The notes under the pieces were generated by a model that was given only the letters and a program-made list of their open reading frames with translations, did no database searches and was not told the origin of the DNA. From contig JBGARZ010000008.1 of NCBI GenBank assembly GCA_044229975.1, forward strand, positions 224,001 to 288,000: a DNA stretch of 64,000 nucleotides, given 5' to 3'. Both the position numbers and the translations under genes were made by a program. This document shows positions 58,846-64,000 of this stretch, piece after piece; the stretch's first letter is position 1; each line of letters opens with the position of its first letter. This stretch comes from Polyangiales bacterium. GTDB lineage: Bacteria > Myxococcota_A > Polyangia > Polyangiales > Ga0077539.

Positions 58846-58909
58846 GGCGAGGAGGGTTACCCCGATCGCGGGTCGATCGATGAAGTCGGCCCGTGATAGA
58901 ACCGACCTC

Positions 58910-59641
58910 ATGGATGCCGCGAAGCACCTGTCTGCACCGGTGATCTACCCGGAGACGGACGACATGGGGGAGCACGAGACGCAGTTCCATATCGCCCATC
59001 TGCTTGTGCCGTTGCTGAAAGCGGTTCTGGCGGCGCAGGGTCGGGTGGCGCGCGTCGCTGGCAATCAGTTCTGGTACTTCGCGAAAGGTCAGCCCCAGCG
59101 CTGCCGAGCGCCCGACGTCTACGTGGTCGACGGCGTCGCCGCGAGCGAGCCCGACCGCGCGAGCTGGTTCACCTGGGAGGGACACCACCCGGCCTTCGCG
59201 CTCGAAGTGGTCAGCGCGAAGTGGCAGAAGGACTACGACGACGCCCCGGGTGACTACGAGGCGATGCGCGCGGATGAGGTCATCGTCTTCGACCCGGGCG
59301 CGCGACCGCGGAGCCAACGGCGCGTGCGCTGGCAGGTCTTCCGGCGCGTGCGGGGTCGCGGGCTCGTGCCGGTGTTCGCGGGTGGCGGTGACCGCGTGGA
59401 GTCACGTGCGCTCGGAGCGTGGGTTCGCCTCGTCGACGACGCGGGTCATCCGCGACTGCGCGTCGCCACCGGCCCTCACGGCGACGAACTCCTGCCCACC
59501 GACGCTGAGCGCGCCGACGCCGAACGCGCCCGCGCCGAAGCCGCCCTCGCTCTTGCGAGCGTCGAGCGCGCTCGCGCCGAAGCCGCCGAGGCCGAGCTCG
59601 CCCGCCTGCGCTCCACCGCTCCTCGCCGCCGCGGCCGATAG
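58910..59641 (+). CDS. Uma2-family (PD-D/ExK) endonuclease
   Basis: YPETDDMGE, APDVYVV, PAFALEVVS, KDY and FDP; AERA-type coiled tail. Confidence 0.88.
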   Translation: MDAAKHLSAPVIYPETDDMGEHETQFHIAHLLVPLLKAVLAAQGRVARVAGNQFWYFAKGQPQRCRAPDVYVVDGVAASEPDRASWFTWEGHHPAFALEVVSAKWQKDYDDAPGDYEAMRADEVIVFDPGARPRSQRRVRWQVFRRVRGRGLVPVFAGGGDRVESRALGAWVRLVDDAGHPRLRVATGPHGDELLPTDAERADAERARAEAALALASVERARAEAAEAELARLRSTAPRRRGR

Positions 59642-59655
59642 CGACGCGCCGCCCG

Positions 59656-60489
59656 CTACAGATCGATCTGCTCGACCTCGTCCACCGGGTGTCCCAGGAA
59701 GCGCGACGCCACCTCCGCGAAGCTCTGCGGCCGATCGGTGACCAGCATCCGCAGCGCCCCTTCGCCCGCCTTCGCCGCGCCCAGTCCGCGCGTCTCCAGA
59801 AAGCCCTTGAGCTCCTCCGCCGTCGCCTCGGCGCTGTCCACCACCGCCGCGTCCGGACCCAGCACCCGCTTCGCCTCGACGGTGATGGTCTCGCGCAGCA
59901 CCGGGTAGTGCGTGCACCCGAGCACCACCACGTCGACGTCGCACGACGCCAGCGTCTCCAGGTACCTCGCCACCGCCAGCCGCGGGACCTCGCCCTCCAG
60001 CCACCCCTCCTCCACCAGCGGAACCAGCAACGGCGCCGCCCGCCCGAACACCTCCGTGCGCGACGAGCGCGACGCGATGGCCCGCGGGTACGCGCCCGAC
60101 GCCACCGTCCCCGCCGTCGCCAGCACCCCCACGCGATGCCTTCGGGTGGCCGCAACGGCCGCACCCGCACCGGGCTCGATGACGCCCAGCACGGGCAGGT
60201 CGAGCTCGACGCGCAGCATGTCGAGGGCCACCGCGCTCACCGTGTTGCACGCCACCACGAGGAGCTTGATGCCGCGCGACACCAGCGCCCGCGCGCACGC
60301 CCGGGAGTAGCGCAGCACCGTCTGTGCCGAGCGCGTCCCGTACGGAACGCGCGCCGTGTCGCCGAGGTACAGCACGTCTTCTTGAGGGCACATGCGCCGG
60401 ATCTGGCGCACCACCGTGAGGCCCCCGAGCCCGGAGTCGAAGACCCCGATGGGGAGCGCGCGGCGCGGGTCGCTGGCCTGGTCGCTCAA
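59656..60489 (-). CDS. murI: Glutamate racemase
   Basis: IGVFDSGLGGLTV, GDTARVPYG, VACNT and LGCTHYP. TTG start overlaps the upstream stop. Confidence 0.96.
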   Translation of the reverse strand: MSDQASDPRRALPIGVFDSGLGGLTVVRQIRRMCPQEDVLYLGDTARVPYGTRSAQTVLRYSRACARALVSRGIKLLVVACNTVSAVALDMLRVELDLPVLGVIEPGAGAAVAATRRHRVGVLATAGTVASGAYPRAIASRSSRTEVFGRAAPLLVPLVEEGWLEGEVPRLAVARYLETLASCDVDVVVLGCTHYPVLRETITVEAKRVLGPDAAVVDSAEATAEELKGFLETRGLGAAKAGEGALRMLVTDRPQSFAEVASRFLGHPVDEVEQIDL

Positions 60490-61547
60490 GGGGCGCGCAG
60501 GGGTTCGTGGTTGACCGTGATGAGCACGTCCGGCGGAACCTTCACCGCCACCTCGGACAGCAGCGAGAGGCCCGCCGCGCCCATGGCCACCGCGGCCGTC
60601 GTGCGGAAGCCCCACACCTGCGCGTAGTACGTCGCGTCGGCCGAGGGCGGGAGCTGCAACGCGAGGTAGAGCCCGTTGCTGCTCGTCGACGAAAACGCCG
60701 TGCGCCGCGCCGGGAGCTGCGGCGTCGGGGAGAAGTAGTAGATCTGCGCGCTCGGCACGAAGGTCGGGCGGGCGTTGCTCGTGCGCGACGAGGTCGACGA
60801 GATGGTCGCGATGGCGCCGATGAGGTCGCGGCCCATGCAGTCGGTGGCGTTGCCCGCGATGATGCCGGTGCCCATGCGCCGACTCTGGCCGAGCAGCGTC
60901 GCGAGCAGGCTGGCGGTGCCGTTGTCGACGGAGTTGCGGTTGCTGCGCGTGATGGGACCGCCCGCGAGGTTGACGGTGTCGTTGACGAGGTAGGTATCGA
61001 GCGTTCCAGACGAGCGCACCCGCCACGAGAGCGGACCCATCGTGCCCGTCGGGACCATCACCGTGTACTCGCCCATCGCATTGGACGTCGCCGTCGCGAG
61101 CGGCGCACCCAGGTAGTTGAGCCCCGAGAACACGTCGACCGTCGCGCCCGCGACGCTGTCGCCCGTGACGAAGTCACCGACGGTTCCGGAGATGGAGAGC
61201 GCCGCCGTGGTGGTGGTCACGGCCGGCAGGTCGCAGTTGAAGTCCGGCGCGATCATCGGCATCGCCGTGCCGCCATTGGCCATCACCGCGGCGGTGGGCA
61301 GCTCGAAGCACGCCGCGCCGCCCTCGCGGCCGCAGGTCGGCGGGCCCGCGTCGACCGTCCCCACGTCCGCGGGGCCAGTGTCGGCGACGGTGTTGCCGGC
61401 GTCGGTTCCGGTGTCGACGGGGTTGCCCGCGTCGACGGCGCCAGTGTCCACGGGGGTGGTGCCCGAGTCGGTGGTGGTGGCGGGGTCGCTGCTGCACGCG
61501 GACAGGGCGAGGGCGGCAAAGACGAGGGCGGTGTGCCTGACGATCAC
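60486..61547 (-). CDS. Lipoprotein with carboxypeptidase-regulatory-like domains
   Basis: Lipobox LSAC, DTG/DAG linker and GTVGDF..G..VAGATV...ATSNAMGEY. Confidence 0.75.
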   Translation of the reverse strand: MIVRHTALVFAALALSACSSDPATTTDSGTTPVDTGAVDAGNPVDTGTDAGNTVADTGPADVGTVDAGPPTCGREGGAACFELPTAAVMANGGTAMPMIAPDFNCDLPAVTTTTAALSISGTVGDFVTGDSVAGATVDVFSGLNYLGAPLATATSNAMGEYTVMVPTGTMGPLSWRVRSSGTLDTYLVNDTVNLAGGPITRSNRNSVDNGTASLLATLLGQSRRMGTGIIAGNATDCMGRDLIGAIATISSTSSRTSNARPTFVPSAQIYYFSPTPQLPARRTAFSSTSSNGLYLALQLPPSADATYYAQVWGFRTTAAVAMGAAGLSLLSEVAVKVPPDVLITVNHEPLRAP

Positions 61548-61600
61548 GGGGTTGCTCCGATGCTGAAGGGTGGAAGTGGTTACCGGGGACAGTAAGAAAC

Positions 61601-63397
61601 TCACGGCGACGGACGCCAGCGGACGACGGACTCCATCGGCATGTACAGGTACCGCTGCGCGCCAGGGCCGATGGAGTTGGTCTCCTCGTAGTGATCACCC
61701 GGCGGCTCGTTGAGGTACGGCGTCACCGGGTCGAGCACGTAGTTGTACGAAGGAACGATGTACCCCAGGAAGTCCTCGCTCAGCCCCGAGACGAAGGCGT
61801 AGCGCACGCCGGGGTTCATCAGCACGAGGTCGCGCAGGTAGGGCGGCGCCGGGGCGGTGGAGAGGTCAGGCGAGTTGGGCATCGCGGTGAGCGCGGGCTG
61901 ACCCCACGACCAGCGCGTGTCGCGCGTTCCGACCCAGAGGTCGGGGTGCAATTCGCCGGGGGCGGTGATGGTCCCGACGGGGCCGACCTGGAGGTAGGTC
62001 ACGCGAGAGTTCACCCACGGCAGGTTGTCGCCCTCGATGGGCTGCGTGCGGTCGAAGTAGAGGAGCTCGCGCGCGAAGATCCCGGTGAGGAAGTACGCGT
62101 GGTAGCCGATGTTCTCGGCCACGGCGGCGATGGGAGCCGTGCGGTACGAGAGCGAGAGCTCGCTCGCGGGGATGTCGGTTCCGTCACGGGTGATGGCGGT
62201 GAGCGCGAGGCGGGCGACGTTGCGGCCGACGGCCTCGGCCTTCGCGAGACCCGACTCGGAGATGACCCCGCCGTCGTGGTCGTTGTCGGGGATGCGCGTC
62301 CCGCCGGGGCCGACCTGTCCGCCGAGGGCGCCGTTGACGAAGACGGTGGTTCCGCCGAGGCCCGCGAGTCCGCGCGAGGCGTCGCCGGTCTCGGTGACGT
62401 CGCGCAGCCAGTGCACGTAGTCGGCGCTGAGCTGGTCGTTGCGCGAGCCCGCGTACTCGGGGTGGGCCGACCAGTTGATCCAGGTGGCGATGGTGTTGCC
62501 GGGCTGATCGAGCTCGGTGAAGCGAACGACCGTGAGCGTGGGGTCGTAGATGACCGGGTCGCGGGTGTCGTTGACGTACGAGCGGGTGTCGCCCATCGCG
62601 TCGGTGGGGAGAGCAGTGGCCACGCGCATGCGGGCCGGGCGCAGCGCCATCACGGCCTGGCGGATGGCCTGCGCGGCGCGTTGGTGGGTGAGCTGCTGGT
62701 ACTCCATGTTGAGCCCGGTCTGGCTCACCGACGGGCCCCAGAGGCCCACCGTGTCGGCGCCCTCGTGGACGTGCGTGGCGCCGATGATGACGCGGTCGAT
62801 GTCGAGCCCGGCGAGCGTCGGGTCGGCGCGTACGGCGTCCATCTCGTTGATGAAGTACCCGACGACGTCGAGCACCGCGAAGACCACCGTGGTGTCGTTG
62901 TAGCGGAACGCGATCGCCCGCACCTCCAGCTCGTCGTGCACGGCGCGCGCGACGCGGGCGTTGCCGAAGCCCGCCATCCAGATGGCGTCGAAGCGGCCGT
63001 TGCCGTTGACGTCGGTGAAGGGCTCGCTGCGCTGCCACTCGTGGTCGCCGTTGCGGTCTTCGAACTCGGTCTCGACGAGGCGCGGGGTGATGCTCGCGCG
63101 GCCCGCCCCGACGTAGAGGCGGTTGTCGCCGGTGGTTCCGCGGCAGTGGTCGCGGCCGGGACACCAGTCGTCGGGGCCCGCGTAGGGGACGGGCCGCCCG
63201 CCGTCGGCGGGGACATCGGTGGCGACAGGGACGTCGCGCACGACGGGGACGTCCACCACGGGGTTGCCGAGATCGTTGGGGGCCGTACCAACGTCGGCGC
63301 GACCGGCGTCCACGGGGGCGGACGCGGGCGGGTCATCGCAGCCCGAGAGCACGGTCGCGAGCGCGGCACCGGCGACCCACGTGCGCAGGTGGTTCAT
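61601..63397 (-). CDS. Neutral/alkaline ceramidase-like lipoprotein
   Basis: Lipobox LSGC, VHDEL.VRA, ATHVHEGADT.GLWG, AHPE, SADY, PGE and HYEET. Confidence 0.8.
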   Translation of the reverse strand: MNHLRTWVAGAALATVLSGCDDPPASAPVDAGRADVGTAPNDLGNPVVDVPVVRDVPVATDVPADGGRPVPYAGPDDWCPGRDHCRGTTGDNRLYVGAGRASITPRLVETEFEDRNGDHEWQRSEPFTDVNGNGRFDAIWMAGFGNARVARAVHDELEVRAIAFRYNDTTVVFAVLDVVGYFINEMDAVRADPTLAGLDIDRVIIGATHVHEGADTVGLWGPSVSQTGLNMEYQQLTHQRAAQAIRQAVMALRPARMRVATALPTDAMGDTRSYVNDTRDPVIYDPTLTVVRFTELDQPGNTIATWINWSAHPEYAGSRNDQLSADYVHWLRDVTETGDASRGLAGLGGTTVFVNGALGGQVGPGGTRIPDNDHDGGVISESGLAKAEAVGRNVARLALTAITRDGTDIPASELSLSYRTAPIAAVAENIGYHAYFLTGIFARELLYFDRTQPIEGDNLPWVNSRVTYLQVGPVGTITAPGELHPDLWVGTRDTRWSWGQPALTAMPNSPDLSTAPAPPYLRDLVLMNPGVRYAFVSGLSEDFLGYIVPSYNYVLDPVTPYLNEPPGDHYEETNSIGPGAQRYLYMPMESVVRWRPSP

Positions 63398-63460
63398 GGG
63401 CGCGGACGCTACCCCAGGGCGGCGCCGGAGCGGAAGAGTCGGGCGGTGGTGGCGTCGGGT

Positions 63461-64000
63461 TCAGGCTGCCGGATCGGCCAGGATCTCGTCGAGCGAGGTC
63501 AGGGTGACCGCGCGCGCGATCCACGCCGACAGGAGGGAGGAGTCGCCGCAGGTGATGATTCGCTGCCGCGCAGTCTCGTCGACCTCAACACCACGGGCCG
63601 CGAGGACCGCGAGCAGCGCGTTGGCCTGACCAATCGCCTCGCCGCGAGCCTCGCCGCGGGCCTCGCCGCGGGCCTCGCCGCGGGCCTCGCCACGGGCCTC
63701 GCCCTGCTGCGCCGCGGCCGCAACCACCGCTGCGAGTCGAGAGTTGCCGCGCGCCAACAACGCGTCCGCGAGCGCGTCGTCCGCCGCGGCTGCGTCGAGC
63801 AGCGCCTGCACCGGAATGGGCCGAGCGAAGCACACGTCGTCGATCACACTGGCGAGCGGCAGCACCTGCCACACGCCGCCGCGCCACTCGCACACCCGCT
63901 TCTGGCGAGGCCACAGACCGAAGACGCGACGCACGCCCCGCGTGGTCAGGTCCTGGGCCTTCGCGGTGAGGTCGCCCGCGCGCTGGGTGTTCACGACCTC
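63461..64000 (-). CDS. Uma2-like endonuclease, 5'-partial, with GEAR repeat tail
   Basis: EVV..Q....L..KA..L..RGVRRVF, GEAR repeats, and an LLAVLAARG...L..WI.RA tail. Confidence 0.75.
   Translation of the reverse strand, partial: EVVNTQRAGDLTAKAQDLTTRGVRRVFGLWPRQKRVCEWRGGVWQVLPLASVIDDVCFARPIPVQALLDAAAADDALADALLARGNSRLAAVVAAAAQQGEARGEARGEARGEARGEARGEAIGQANALLAVLAARGVEVDETARQRIITCGDSSLLSAWIARAVTLTSLDEILADPAA

Noticed and set aside
63636..63705. 12-bp tandem repeat CCTCGCCGCGGG
   Set aside because: It is an in-frame coding repeat (GEAR) of the Uma2-like tail.

Overview
This 64 kb window is high-GC, gene-dense DNA that looks like a myxobacterial (Polyangiales-like) chromosome. That assignment is inferred from Cys-rich lipoproteins, a MYXO-CTERM-like tail, AgmX/PglI-type C-termini, Uma2 proteins and ECF cassettes. 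About 60 CDS are supportable, mostly accessory. They include frr, murI, a LytS/LytTR pair, LysR/pirin, MarR plus a Coq4-like protein, a B12/Fe-type ABC transporter, a cNMP-GGDEF protein, a Ser/Thr kinase, peptidoglycan enzymes (M23, L,D-transpeptidase, YcbK-like), two Uma2 nucleases and many lipoproteins. No rRNA, tRNA, CRISPR array, integrase or transposase was recognised. The most notable observations are: (1) a translationally coupled P-loop ATPase plus NACHT/pentapeptide gene pair, a candidate defence or conflict system; (2) two ECF sigma cassettes, one a sigma-transmembrane fusion, each carrying its own duplicated promoter-like motif upstream of the sigma gene and of a downstream target; (3) a lipoprotein with four pacifastin-like heads whose predicted P1 residues vary (R/L/E/R); (4) five unrelated intergenic long inverted-repeat or REP-like elements; (5) a LytTR-type 9-12-9 site, several operator-like palindromes and leaderless-type promoters. 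All calls come from reading motifs by eye, no database searches were run, and start codons are best guesses.
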